Virus record (IMG/VR): IMGVR_UViG_3300029106_000003 | Location: 1,317-65,316 of that record | Strand: one strand, 5' to 3' | Length of the DNA: 64,000 nucleotides | DNA from: a virus | Shown here: in pieces, positions 1 through 8,732 of the stretch | Layout: each line of letters opens with the position of its first letter | How positions within the stretch are numbered: position 1 is the stretch's first letter | The notes under the pieces: model-generated | What the model was told of the DNA's origin: nothing | What the model saw: the letters and a program-made list of their open reading frames with translations, nothing else | Databases searched by the model: none | Program-made: the position numbers and the translations under genes

Positions 1-435
1 CCGTATCGGGAAAGGTACTCCGTCATGCCAGAGGGGAAAATATCATAAATGTCTAATCGTTGGTTCATAACACTGCTTTTTTATGTTTTTGAAGAGAGAG
101 GGGATTTCTCCCCTCCCGATTAATAGAACTCGCCGTTGGCCCGTCTGCGTCTGCGTTCCCCCATTTCGTCATAGTACGAAGGAGGATAACCGGGAGCATA
201 ACGGTTGTTCATTCCACTGGAAGAACCTCCGCCATAATTCCCGCCGCCGTAACTGCCGCCATTATTGCCACGGAAGCCCATATCGCCGCCCTGCATTTCC
301 CGCATGGCAGCTTCATAGCCTTTCTTGTAGCCGTGCTCGCAACCTTCCTTGTAGGCCATTTCGAGCTCTCTACCGCCGCGTTCATTGAATCCTTCATATC
401 CACGGCCTTCTTCTAATATTGACCACATTCCCATA

Positions 436-978
436 TTACTTTTTGTTTTTAGAAGTTTCAGAAACACTGAGCTGTTCCATCAGTTTCTTGTTCATGGCCA
501 TTAGGTCGGCCATGCTTCTGCTCATTTCGGACATCTGCCCTTTGAGGGTGGCAATCTCCTGCTCCTGCCTTTGCTTCTCCGCAAATTCGGGATTCAAAAT
601 TGTCAATATCTTGTCGCACCCGGCAATCACGTTCTCGTGGTAATTACGCCGGTTCAGTTCGTCCAAGCTCTTTTGCCGGATAGCCGACACTTCCGAGTTC
701 ATGGCCTCTCTGGAACAAGATATGACGATGTTTCCGTTTTGCCCGAAGTCAGCGATGTCCGCCCCTGCCGGCAAGTTCTGGAACGTCGTGTTCTGCCCGT
801 TCACGCAGACCACCACGTCCACCACCATTTCCATCTGTGGTATCTGCCCGATAGGTGTCGGCATGGGGTACTTGGGCTTCGCAGCCGAAACGCTGACGAC
901 GGAACCTATATCCACTAAGGGATTTTCGTCCTTATGAAGGATAAATAACTGGTTGTTTGCTCGAAGATTCTGAAACAT
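436..978 (-). CDS. hypothetical phage protein (tail-region)
   Basis: 180-aa ORF co-directional with tail genes; no recognisable motif. Confidence 0.4.
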   Translation of the reverse strand: MFQNLRANNQLFILHKDENPLVDIGSVVSVSAAKPKYPMPTPIGQIPQMEMVVDVVVCVNGQNTTFQNLPAGADIADFGQNGNIVISCSREAMNSEVSAIRQKSLDELNRRNYHENVIAGCDKILTILNPEFAEKQRQEQEIATLKGQMSEMSRSMADLMAMNKKLMEQLSVSETSKNKK

Positions 979-1029
979 AGTTTTTTTTGATTTAATGGGA
1001 CTGCCCGATAAAAGGCAGCCCCGTGTTAA

Positions 1030-1491
1030 TTATTTGCTTTTGGCAGCGACGTTGGTTGCCGCCGTCGCCGTAGTAGGTCTGTACCCACCGTTGACAAGGT
1101 ACACTTCGTTGGTGTACTTGTTGTAATGGATTTCATAGATCCCAGTACCGGCTATATTCTCTACCGTCACCGGCTCGTTGTTGTAAGCCAGCAGAGGTCT
1201 CGTGTCCCCATTCGTCCCGATGAGAATGGGAAGCGTTGCGGTCGTTCCGGCGGGTATCGCCTGACGGAGATTGATATAGAATCCTCCCACATAGTCCCTG
1301 TTACGGAACGCATGGTCGGGAAGTTCCAAAGTCACGTTCTCCGTGCCGACCGTCACCGCCACCGTTGGCAGCGTGTTGAAATTCGCCCTGCCCAACGTCG
1401 GGAACGGAAAGGGAAACCCTGTAAAAAAGTTAGGCCACATATATACCTCCTTTCTTACTGGAATTAACCCCAGTAGTTGTTGCAACCGCAT
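1030..1491 (-). CDS. hypothetical phage protein
   Basis: 153-aa ORF, minus-strand operon. Confidence 0.4.
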   Translation of the reverse strand: MRLQQLLGLIPVRKEVYMWPNFFTGFPFPFPTLGRANFNTLPTVAVTVGTENVTLELPDHAFRNRDYVGGFYINLRQAIPAGTTATLPILIGTNGDTRPLLAYNNEPVTVENIAGTGIYEIHYNKYTNEVYLVNGGYRPTTATAATNVAAKSK

Positions 1492-2447
1492 CCGTAACCG
1501 CTGCGCCCGTATGCGACATCGCCCGCATAAGCTCCATAAGCGGCAGCCCGGTACAAGTCCGTGTTTACAGCCTGAATGTTCGGATATACCACGGGAACGG
1601 TATTGGGCAATTTACACTTGATGCCGTCCACATCGCTTTGGAGAGCCTGCAAACCGGCAGCGAGGGGAGCAATCTGTTGCCCTACCGCATTGAGAATGGT
1701 CGCATTCTGGTTACGTTGGGAGATTTCAGCCGCCAAAGTAGCCTTCTCTGCCGTCAAAGCGGTGATCTTGTCCTGTAAAGCCTGAGTTTGGATAGAATCT
1801 AGCTTCGCCAAAATGGCACGAGTGTTCTCATTGCCGCTGTCCACGAGGGAATGGGTTTGTTCCGAGGTGGCGATACGGGTTTCATATCCCTGTCTCTCGA
1901 TTGCGTTTTGCGTCTTGCAGCAGCAATCTGCGATTTGAGTCGCCAGCGTACAATTACTCGATTGAATGCTGTTGATGATCTGTTGTGCGGACATGCCCAC
2001 TTGGTTGCCGACACCCTGAATCAAGCCCTGAATGTTGCACAAGGCGGATTGTAACTGTTGGGTAGAGCAGTTCAAGGACGAAGCGAGTTGGTTGATGGCA
2101 TTACCGTTCCCTTGAATGGCCGACATCAGGTATTCACGTCCTACATCGCCGTTCAACTCGGCAGGAAGCCCGCCCCGGTTGCCAAAACCTCCGAATCCGT
2201 TACCGCCCCAGCAGAACCACAGCAGGATAATCCAAATCCACCACATGCCTCCGCCCCAAGCGTCCTGATTGTTCCTTCCCTGATTGAGAAGGGCCAAGAG
2301 TCCGGGATCGACCCCTTTACCGCCCATCAGGTTGGGCAATAAAGCCATGATGTCGAACTTGCTTCCGCCACCATTGGGCTCTTGATTGAAAACATACGTT
2401 CTTTCCATATAGATATAATTGATGGTTACGGCCAATATCGGCCGCAT
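1464..2447 (-). CDS. Gly-rich membrane-anchored coiled-coil protein with Cys-rich C-terminus
   Basis: TM segment MWWIWIILLWFCWGG, GG/NG-rich linker, long Q/A-rich heptad region, C-terminal GYGCGCNNYWG; true start uncertain (possibly internal MERTYVF). Confidence 0.4.
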   Translation of the reverse strand: MRPILAVTINYIYMERTYVFNQEPNGGGSKFDIMALLPNLMGGKGVDPGLLALLNQGRNNQDAWGGGMWWIWIILLWFCWGGNGFGGFGNRGGLPAELNGDVGREYLMSAIQGNGNAINQLASSLNCSTQQLQSALCNIQGLIQGVGNQVGMSAQQIINSIQSSNCTLATQIADCCCKTQNAIERQGYETRIATSEQTHSLVDSGNENTRAILAKLDSIQTQALQDKITALTAEKATLAAEISQRNQNATILNAVGQQIAPLAAGLQALQSDVDGIKCKLPNTVPVVYPNIQAVNTDLYRAAAYGAYAGDVAYGRSGYGCGCNNYWG

Positions 2448-2471
2448 ACAAACGTATGGCTATTGCCGTTG

Positions 2472-2771
2472 CTATCCTCTGATTTCGGTGGCTATCCTGT
2501 TGCTGACCCGTTGATTTGTCGTTGTCAGAATAAAACTTCCCGAACACCGCTGTTTCAGGCTGTTTTTCAATTTGTTCACTCCCTGTCGGGTCATGGAAAG
2601 ATAAGCGGCGGTGTTCTCCTCGGAGAAGCCGAGCGATACCAACGCACAGATGAGCAGGCAACGTGCGTCGACCGCATTTTTGTTCGCCCCGTTGATCAAT
2701 TCGCCGTAACACAGCTCACATTCCTCGCAAACGATTTGCAAGACGTGTTCAAAGATTTCATTAGTTTTCAT
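2472..2771 (-). CDS. small putative DNA-binding protein
   Basis: 99 aa; helix-turn-helix-like segment AAYLSMTRQGVNKLKN. Confidence 0.35.
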   Translation of the reverse strand: MKTNEIFEHVLQIVCEECELCYGELINGANKNAVDARCLLICALVSLGFSEENTAAYLSMTRQGVNKLKNSLKQRCSGSFILTTTNQRVSNRIATEIRG

Positions 2772-2965
2772 ATCTCTTGCCTTTTTAAATATTTGTTAAA
2801 TTATAGATTGTTGACACAATAAAAAACATCACGTTTCTGTTTAAAGGCTGTGAAAGCCTCGTAACATTCCCCGTGATGTTGTCTCTTGTTAGTTTTGGAA
2901 GAGCAGCAAGAGATTGAGGCTTTCCTCTTTATACTCCGAAGCCCCGGAAGGAGTCGTAAATCAAA

Positions 2966-3355
2966 TTATATCAAGAAACCCAGTCCTTTCAATTTTGTTA
3001 TCCATTTCACGATGTAAGGGAAGAGCAGCAAGACAATGCCACCGAGAGCCCACCAGCACCATCGGGGAGTCTTGTACTTTACTACCTCGACGGGGTATGG
3101 TACTTGTATGCTTTCCGTCTTGGATATATACAGCGTATCGGTTCTGTCCTTGAACCTATATATGTACTTGTATTGGAACTCCCGTATCGTGTCTCCCGAT
3201 TTCTCGATGAAAACACTGTCCCGCATGTATATGGAATCGAGCTGCACACGATTCAGATACACCGTGTCGCTCTTTGTCGTTTCCACAGGAACATACACAT
3301 GTCTGGTACAACTCGTCGCAGCCAAAAACAACAATAGGAATACGATATGTCTCAT
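2966..3355 (-). CDS. lipoprotein with C-terminal transmembrane helix (unimolecular spanin candidate)
   Basis: Signal peptide plus lipobox MRHIVFLLLFLAATSC; C-terminal TM WCWWALGGIVLLLFPYIV; ATGA start/stop overlap with upstream endolysin. Confidence 0.45.
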   Translation of the reverse strand: MRHIVFLLLFLAATSCTRHVYVPVETTKSDTVYLNRVQLDSIYMRDSVFIEKSGDTIREFQYKYIYRFKDRTDTLYISKTESIQVPYPVEVVKYKTPRWCWWALGGIVLLLFPYIVKWITKLKGLGFLI

Positions 3356-3750
3356 AGGCTCAGTATTTGTTTCCGGTTCTTCGATGTCGACACATAAGAC
3401 ACGTGCACCCAACTGTAATTGCTCTCGTCAATCAACTGGTCGAAGGGAAGGTTATCCCGAATCAACTCGAACAGCTTCTTGTTCTCCGTCTTGCTCCCTG
3501 CCGTTATATCCGCCGCCTCGCCCCTCATGTGCTGGCTCGTTTTCGCACCACCCACAGCGGCATTGAGTTTGGAACAACGATAGCCCGAATTGACGGTTAT
3601 CGCCTTCCCGTACATCTCCCGCAGTGGGTCTAAAACATGGGTGACAAGGTTCGACAACTGGGCCGACACTTCGGTCGTCGGGGTATTGTCTATACCCAGT
3701 TTATCGGCCGTTGAACTCTTTGTGAGTTCTTTCATCGTGAAGTATTTCAT
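3352..3750 (-). CDS. peptidase M15 family (D-Ala-D-Ala carboxypeptidase-like) endolysin
   Basis: NSGYRCSKLNAAVGGAKTSQHMRGEAADI matches Zn-dependent M15/DUF882 peptidoglycan hydrolase motifs (H..D, SxH). Confidence 0.7.
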   Translation of the reverse strand: MKYFTMKELTKSSTADKLGIDNTPTTEVSAQLSNLVTHVLDPLREMYGKAITVNSGYRCSKLNAAVGGAKTSQHMRGEAADITAGSKTENKKLFELIRDNLPFDQLIDESNYSWVHVSYVSTSKNRKQILSL

Positions 3751-4031
3751 ATCTCGAAGATTAAGTTTTCCATGTTGTTAATTCTGTCCGGCTCAGATAC
3801 GAGCAAATCCTCTTCCGGAAATTTTTCTTGAAATTCTTTCCATAACAGATACTCCATTTCCATGTATTCTTCACTGCCTCTTCTTATGCTTTCAGGAGAG
3901 ACCTCCACGATATGGAAGTTGGTCTGTATGTCGTAGGCATACCTGATACTTATTCCCGGTATTTTCGAGGCAATCGATTGAATCGTCTCGATGACAAAAT
4001 CCTGTACATTCTTATTCATGTCTTTCTTCAT
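3747..4031 (-). CDS. hypothetical protein
   Basis: ORF 3747..4070; probable start MKKDMNKN at 4031 because a terminator hairpin overlaps the longer ORF; ATGA overlap with endolysin start. Confidence 0.4.
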   Translation of the reverse strand: MKKDMNKNVQDFVIETIQSIASKIPGISIRYAYDIQTNFHIVEVSPESIRRGSEEYMEMEYLLWKEFQEKFPEEDLLVSEPDRINNMENLIFEI

Positions 4032-4040
4032 TTTTGGCGA

Positions 4041-4075
4041 CAAAAAAAGCGGTGACTTTTTTAGAATCACCGCTT
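4041..4075 (-). terminator. rho-independent terminator
   Basis: Minus-strand hairpin AAGCGGTGA(11-nt loop)TCACCGCTT followed by U7. Confidence 0.55.
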
Positions 4076-4156
4076 GTAACGAATGTATGAGAGAGTAGCC
4101 TTAGGGTTAGGCTTATCCGTTATTGAAAATGGGACAAACGTAGGCCGAAGGCATTA

Positions 4157-4348
4157 TCAATCCTCTCTCCTCAATTCATCGAGCCATTGTACTGGGTTGA
4201 CATCTTTTAGACGAGGATAAGCCTTTTCGATTAAAGAATTTAAATAACTTTCATCGAATTTTGGAGAATAATCAGCCGGTATCGGAGGTTTAGAATCCGT
4301 ATCGGACGAGTTCTGGACATAGGGGAATGAACCTTTTGTATCCATGTG
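4157..4348 (-). CDS. small hypothetical protein (third gene of PanA module)
   Basis: ORF 4157..4540 overlaps neighbour in another frame; likely real start MDTKGSF at 4348. Confidence 0.3.
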   Translation of the reverse strand, partial: HMDTKGSFPYVQNSSDTDSKPPIPADYSPKFDESYLNSLIEKAYPRLKDVNPVQWLDELRRED

Positions 4349-4356
4349 AACAATGT

Positions 4357-4704
4357 TTATTTTTTTCGGTTCGGGAAAATACCCTTTAATACGATATTGG
4401 CTAAACCTAATACATTGATAGTTGTCGTAGCCAGTAGAGATATCAATATTTCCGGTCCCAATGAAAATAATCCGATCCCGCAAAATACAAGAATGGCAAT
4501 TACTATGAATAACCATATGGGGATAATCCACATGACCCATCTGGCCAAATGTTTACGAAATTGTGTATCTTGTGAATATCGCTCCCGTATTTGTTCGGAT
4601 AAATTCTTGTCGTCTATATCGCCCAAATTTGAGTCGGGAGAAATATGGACACCATTCTCACTACGTAAATCCAAGCCGCTAAAAGAATCTTTCTGTTTAG
4701 TCAT
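4357..4704 (-). CDS. small two-TM membrane protein (candidate PanT toxin)
   Basis: 115 aa; hydrophobic helices WVMWIIPIWLFIVIAILVFCGIGLF and ILISLLATTTINVLGLANIVL; start overlaps stop of Panacea gene (ATGA). Confidence 0.5.
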   Translation of the reverse strand: MTKQKDSFSGLDLRSENGVHISPDSNLGDIDDKNLSEQIRERYSQDTQFRKHLARWVMWIIPIWLFIVIAILVFCGIGLFSLGPEILISLLATTTINVLGLANIVLKGIFPNRKK

Positions 4705-5213
4705 GCTTTGGGAGAAATTAGTGTCTTAAAATACTCTTGGATATAACTATCCGGGATTCTATCCCCCCAGCTGAATGAAGGCTGCTTAACGGTCCTATCC
4801 CACGGAGAACCGGGCTTGTGAGACCATTCCGTCAGATAGGCGGCAGTTTTAGAACCATAGCTGCCAAAGACCAGTTTCATCAGAGATTCCATTTCGGAAT
4901 CACGGGCTATTTTTTCAAGGTTTTCATCAGAAAGGGAAATTTCTGAAAAATCCTTTTTTATCAATTTATTTCGAGTGGTCGGGAAAACCGGACCATACGG
5001 CCAAGCCTGAGGGTGCTCGTTTGTCAAGCGTTCGTTCTTTACGTAAAGATATACTCCATAAGCTATATACAACAACTTTTGAAGCTTAGTCATGTTAATG
5101 AAAAACTTATTCTGGTTAGCAAACGCAATGATATAGTTTGCAACCGTAACGCTATCGTATTTATAGGTATCGCTTATCATCTTGTTGCAAAGTAACAAAA
5201 AATATCGTAACAT
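4701..5213 (-). CDS. Panacea domain (DUF4065, SocA/GepA-like) antitoxin-type protein
   Basis: VANYIIAFANQNKFFINMTKLQKLLYIAYGVYL ... PQAWPYGPVFP typical of DUF4065/Panacea. Confidence 0.7.
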   Translation of the reverse strand: MLRYFLLLCNKMISDTYKYDSVTVANYIIAFANQNKFFINMTKLQKLLYIAYGVYLYVKNERLTNEHPQAWPYGPVFPTTRNKLIKKDFSEISLSDENLEKIARDSEMESLMKLVFGSYGSKTAAYLTEWSHKPGSPWDRTVKQPSFSWGDRIPDSYIQEYFKTLISPKA

Positions 5214-5313
5214 GCAACCAATTCTTATACTTTTTTACGATAAATCAAACGGTGATTCCAAGAAGTCAAAGAACGCTTTCCCGTCGCCGGGTTATAAAAA
5301 TTCATTTTTTTCG

Positions 5314-5583
5314 TCAGGCAATCCAAACTTCGATTTGAATCACCAGCCCGCCCAGTATGGTCGCCAGCAAGTCGGCATACGACCAAGCCCCCGGCTTCTT
5401 CCACTCGTCGGCAGCCTCCTTGATACAGCCCGCTATGGCAGAGAACAGCACACAATATTCCGCCGTCGCACCTATCACGATGGCGAAGAAAGAGGCGATG
5501 ACACCTCCTGCGATAAAATGCAGCAGCTTGTCGTGGGGAATAGACAATAACAACCCTTTGATTCTCTCCAAAATTTTCTTCAT
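5314..5583 (-). CDS. small two-TM membrane protein (holin-like candidate)
   Basis: 89 aa; two hydrophobic helices, charged C-terminus. Confidence 0.4.
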   Translation of the reverse strand: MKKILERIKGLLLSIPHDKLLHFIAGGVIASFFAIVIGATAEYCVLFSAIAGCIKEAADEWKKPGAWSYADLLATILGGLVIQIEVWIA

Positions 5584-5584
5584 A

Positions 5585-6190
5585 TTATTCGTTATTTAAT
5601 CGGTGATAAAAATCGAGCTTGATACGGTCATAGACAGAAAATACATTGGTTTTAGCCCTGTCATCGTTCACCGTATGGGCATATATCTCGTTCTCGACAA
5701 CCTCTGCCACCCAGTCTATCCATTCAGGATTGGTATAACATGAAAGACGTTTACCCCGATAGGTAAAGTAGTCGAAACGGCTGTTCCTGTCCTCGTACTG
5801 GTTCGTGAGATTTCCGATAATTTTTTCATGCGTCCTATTCCTGTCGGATATATGGTTTTCCTTCCTAACTTGTTCGATAATTTCCAAAACCCGTCTGGCG
5901 GAAAGGTTGAAAAATTCACTCGTCATGTTCTTTATTCGAAGCTGCGTTTCCGGTCTAAGACCTTCCGATATGTCGGACAACATGTTATTCTGGTCGTTCG
6001 TTTTTTCGATAAGCTCTTTCAGGGATTCGCCGTAATCCTCCATACTCTTGGTGATAATCGATTTGAACCACTTGAAGCAGGCCACCATCATCATGGCCGA
6101 CAACACCAAGAAGAATGCTGCGGTCATCACCAAGAACCCCTGTTCGCTTATCCCTCTGGCTACCTCCGTAGCCTCGTTTATCCCTCCCAT
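5585..6190 (-). CDS. hypothetical membrane-anchored protein
   Basis: N-terminal TM (FLVMTAAFFLVLSAMMMVACF), coiled-coil rest. Confidence 0.4.
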   Translation of the reverse strand: MGGINEATEVARGISEQGFLVMTAAFFLVLSAMMMVACFKWFKSIITKSMEDYGESLKELIEKTNDQNNMLSDISEGLRPETQLRIKNMTSEFFNLSARRVLEIIEQVRKENHISDRNRTHEKIIGNLTNQYEDRNSRFDYFTYRGKRLSCYTNPEWIDWVAEVVENEIYAHTVNDDRAKTNVFSVYDRIKLDFYHRLNNE

Positions 6191-6191
6191 A

Positions 6192-6578
6192 TCAATGTTT
6201 CTGTTTTTCGATTAACAATCTAGCTTCTCCTTTGCAGGATTCCGCATAGGCGTTATAAGCCTCGAACTCCTCTGCTTTCGTATCTCTTTGCCGAAGTATC
6301 GCCAACTCCTCCGACAATGTATATTTCCGACGAATCAATCCGTTTACCGTTTCTCCGTAGTCTATTTGGGCAGGTGGTGTTCCCGTGTCGTCCTCCGTCG
6401 CTTCCGGTGCTTCCTCGTACTCATAGACTATCGCCCCGTTCCGGTAATACATCACGGGTATTTTTCCGGGTATCTCCTCGGGAGATGGGATAGAATCTAT
6501 TCGTATGAATCCTTCTATCAGGGTTTCGCCATAATAAATATTAGTGACTCTTTCGTCGTATATTTTAATTTGTATCAT
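6192..6578 (-). CDS. hypothetical protein
   Basis: 128-aa ORF, overlapping start/stop with neighbours. Confidence 0.4.
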   Translation of the reverse strand: MIQIKIYDERVTNIYYGETLIEGFIRIDSIPSPEEIPGKIPVMYYRNGAIVYEYEEAPEATEDDTGTPPAQIDYGETVNGLIRRKYTLSEELAILRQRDTKAEEFEAYNAYAESCKGEARLLIEKQKH

Positions 6579-8142
6579 ATCTGCTTACGTCTTCAATTAT
6601 TAAAACATTACCTTTTGTGGTGCTATAAACAAAGTTTTTATAATTTGTTTGACGCCATATATTGTTTTGCGAAACTATATCTGCATCTACCCCTCTAAAA
6701 GTTGAATTTAATATTCCATAAGGGTATCTGAAAACATACTTTCCATTATGTGTAAATGCTACTGTTAATCTGTCATCTACATTTATACAATACCCATATT
6801 CCTGCACATTGCCTATATCCCCAAAATTATAACTTGTTGTATTATTTTTATTTGATATATTACTCATATGGCAAATCATATTGCCATTTGAAAAAACATA
6901 TAGTAAGTTTATATTTCCTCCCAAATTTGGAAATGTAAGTTTTTCAAAAGTTAAATCTTCAAGATTTACTTTATACCCATCTTTTGTAAAGGCTATACCA
7001 TCTGTTATTTTTATGTACTTATAATCATAGGCTTTATTTGTAACTAAATTCCCATCAGCATCATACACATATATATGTGGTTTATCATATCTATGAAAGT
7101 AATATACTTTATTATCATAAGCATATACAGCCCCATAATATTTAAGTCCTTCGGGGTTGTCAAGATATTTACCTTCACTTGTTTCTTCATCATACATATA
7201 GACAATATTTACAAACCAACAAATTGCAAAAAATATTTTATTGCCTATTTTACAAAGCACATTTCTCATTACACCAGACTCCACCCTGTTAGATGTATTA
7301 GAAATGTTTACAGTGTATATCTTTTTGAAATATAAATCTGTCTTTGTGAAATTATTTGTAGTTATAATATAATACCCAGTATCATCAAATCTATAAACCC
7401 CTGTAACACTTGATCCAAATTCTGACAAATCAATACATCTTTGAATTGATATTGTACCATCTTCTTGACCGCTAAAAGGCACAAACTCCCCATTCTTATA
7501 CACATAAGAGTGCAAAGTCTCGCCGTCAATGTATATTTTATTCGGGTTGGTCTCGCCACTTGCTTCAATAGCATCGTAGTTTTCATAGACCTCTGATGCC
7601 TTTCCTTCGAGAGCTGTCACACGACCATCTACATTTTGAGCCGCTTGTGTCGCTTTATCGGCTGCCTCATTAGCGAGAGTTGCCGAGTTGTTAGCTTCCG
7701 TTGCGGCATTCTCCGCATTTCCTGCCGCTGTGTTGGCGTTCGATGTGGCTGTGTTTGTATCGGAAATAAGCCCTTCGAGCGTAGTTTGCATTTGGGAAAA
7801 ACTCGTCTCTCTTAGAACTTCCGCTTCGGCTCTATCACTCTCTGCCGAGGCACGGCCGCTTTCAGCCGATTCCCGTTTCGCTTCTTCTGCCGTCAATCTG
7901 TCGCCGAGAGCCTCTATATCCGTGGCCGCCTTGTTTGCCTTTTCAGCCGCTTGATTGGCAACTGCCGCCGCCTCTGTCGCAGGGCGTTGAAGCTCGGCGA
8001 TTTGCTCCGGCGTAAAATCGTCGTAGGTAAAAGGGTCTCCCTTGTCACCTTTTTCACCGGGCAAGGCAACCATTTCCTCCACCACGGCGGCATCGGGCAC
8101 TACCACCTGCTCATGAACAATTATGCAATCACTATCTGCCAT
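6565..8142 (-). CDS. tail fibre protein with collagen-like triplets and coiled-coil shaft
   Basis: GEKGDKGDP collagen-like repeats, A/E/N-rich heptad region, Tyr/Asn-rich beta-rich C-terminal domain; C-terminal 1 kb is markedly AT-rich. Confidence 0.6.
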   Translation of the reverse strand: MADSDCIIVHEQVVVPDAAVVEEMVALPGEKGDKGDPFTYDDFTPEQIAELQRPATEAAAVANQAAEKANKAATDIEALGDRLTAEEAKRESAESGRASAESDRAEAEVLRETSFSQMQTTLEGLISDTNTATSNANTAAGNAENAATEANNSATLANEAADKATQAAQNVDGRVTALEGKASEVYENYDAIEASGETNPNKIYIDGETLHSYVYKNGEFVPFSGQEDGTISIQRCIDLSEFGSSVTGVYRFDDTGYYIITTNNFTKTDLYFKKIYTVNISNTSNRVESGVMRNVLCKIGNKIFFAICWFVNIVYMYDEETSEGKYLDNPEGLKYYGAVYAYDNKVYYFHRYDKPHIYVYDADGNLVTNKAYDYKYIKITDGIAFTKDGYKVNLEDLTFEKLTFPNLGGNINLLYVFSNGNMICHMSNISNKNNTTSYNFGDIGNVQEYGYCINVDDRLTVAFTHNGKYVFRYPYGILNSTFRGVDADIVSQNNIWRQTNYKNFVYSTTKGNVLIIEDVSRYDTN

Positions 8143-8143
8143 A

Positions 8144-8491
8144 TCACTTGATGATTATATTGGTTTTGTAAACATCTCCATAGTCCCATTTGCCGTCATC
8201 GAAATCGGCATCCTCTATCCAGTAATGCCTCTCGACCGTGAGCAAGCCATAGCGGAAAGTTCCGGAATTGAATATGCCGTACAGCACGCCGTCACGGAAC
8301 ACACAGTTCTTACGTGTCTTCCCGTCGTAGCTCACTTCGCAACAACAACCGGCCTCGTCCTTGTAGATGAACTTAAACTTCTTCGTCTCGGCATCGATCG
8401 GGCTCCCGTTCTTGTCCTCAAATCCAATGGTAAACTTAATATCCTCCCACGAGTATTTCTCTTCGTACTTTTTGTCACTCATCGCTGCCAT
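8144..8491 (-). CDS. hypothetical protein
   Basis: 115-aa ORF. Confidence 0.4.
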   Translation of the reverse strand: MAAMSDKKYEEKYSWEDIKFTIGFEDKNGSPIDAETKKFKFIYKDEAGCCCEVSYDGKTRKNCVFRDGVLYGIFNSGTFRYGLLTVERHYWIEDADFDDGKWDYGDVYKTNIIIK

Positions 8492-8714
8492 CGGATAATG
8501 CGTTGAACATTTTTTCCACCAGAGCTTTCGTTTCCTCGACCGTGGAGGTCATGGAATAGACATTCATGTTAAAACTGCCTTGCCCGACAGTGACATGGCC
8601 TTTTTCCACACCGTTTTCCACAATTCGGTAATTGACCGCTTGCAGGGTTTCCACAGTCTCTTTTCCGTTGAACGAACGGCTGATGTTTTCGCTGATTTTT
8701 ACTAACTCAATCAT
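8475..8714 (-). CDS. hypothetical protein
   Basis: 79-aa ORF. Confidence 0.35.
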   Translation of the reverse strand: MIELVKISENISRSFNGKETVETLQAVNYRIVENGVEKGHVTVGQGSFNMNVYSMTSTVEETKALVEKMFNALSDGSDE

Positions 8715-8732
8715 AATGTTTTGTATTTATGG

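Noticed and set aside
83-918. Plus-strand ORFs 83..388, 419..643, 571..918
   Set aside because: Antisense to or overlapping the minus-strand operon, with Cys/Arg-rich junk-like composition and no promoter context.
975-1030. GGGACTGCC...GGCAGCCCC hairpin as terminator
   Set aside because: Imperfect stem. The flanking run is A-rich on the transcribed (minus) strand rather than U-rich, and orientation relative to genes is ambiguous.
4157-4704. 184-nt out-of-frame overlap of ORFs 4157..4540 and 4357..4704 as possible frameshift
   Set aside because: The downstream ORF has an internal start (MDTKGSF at 4348) directly after the stop of the membrane-protein gene, so a simple three-gene operon explains it.
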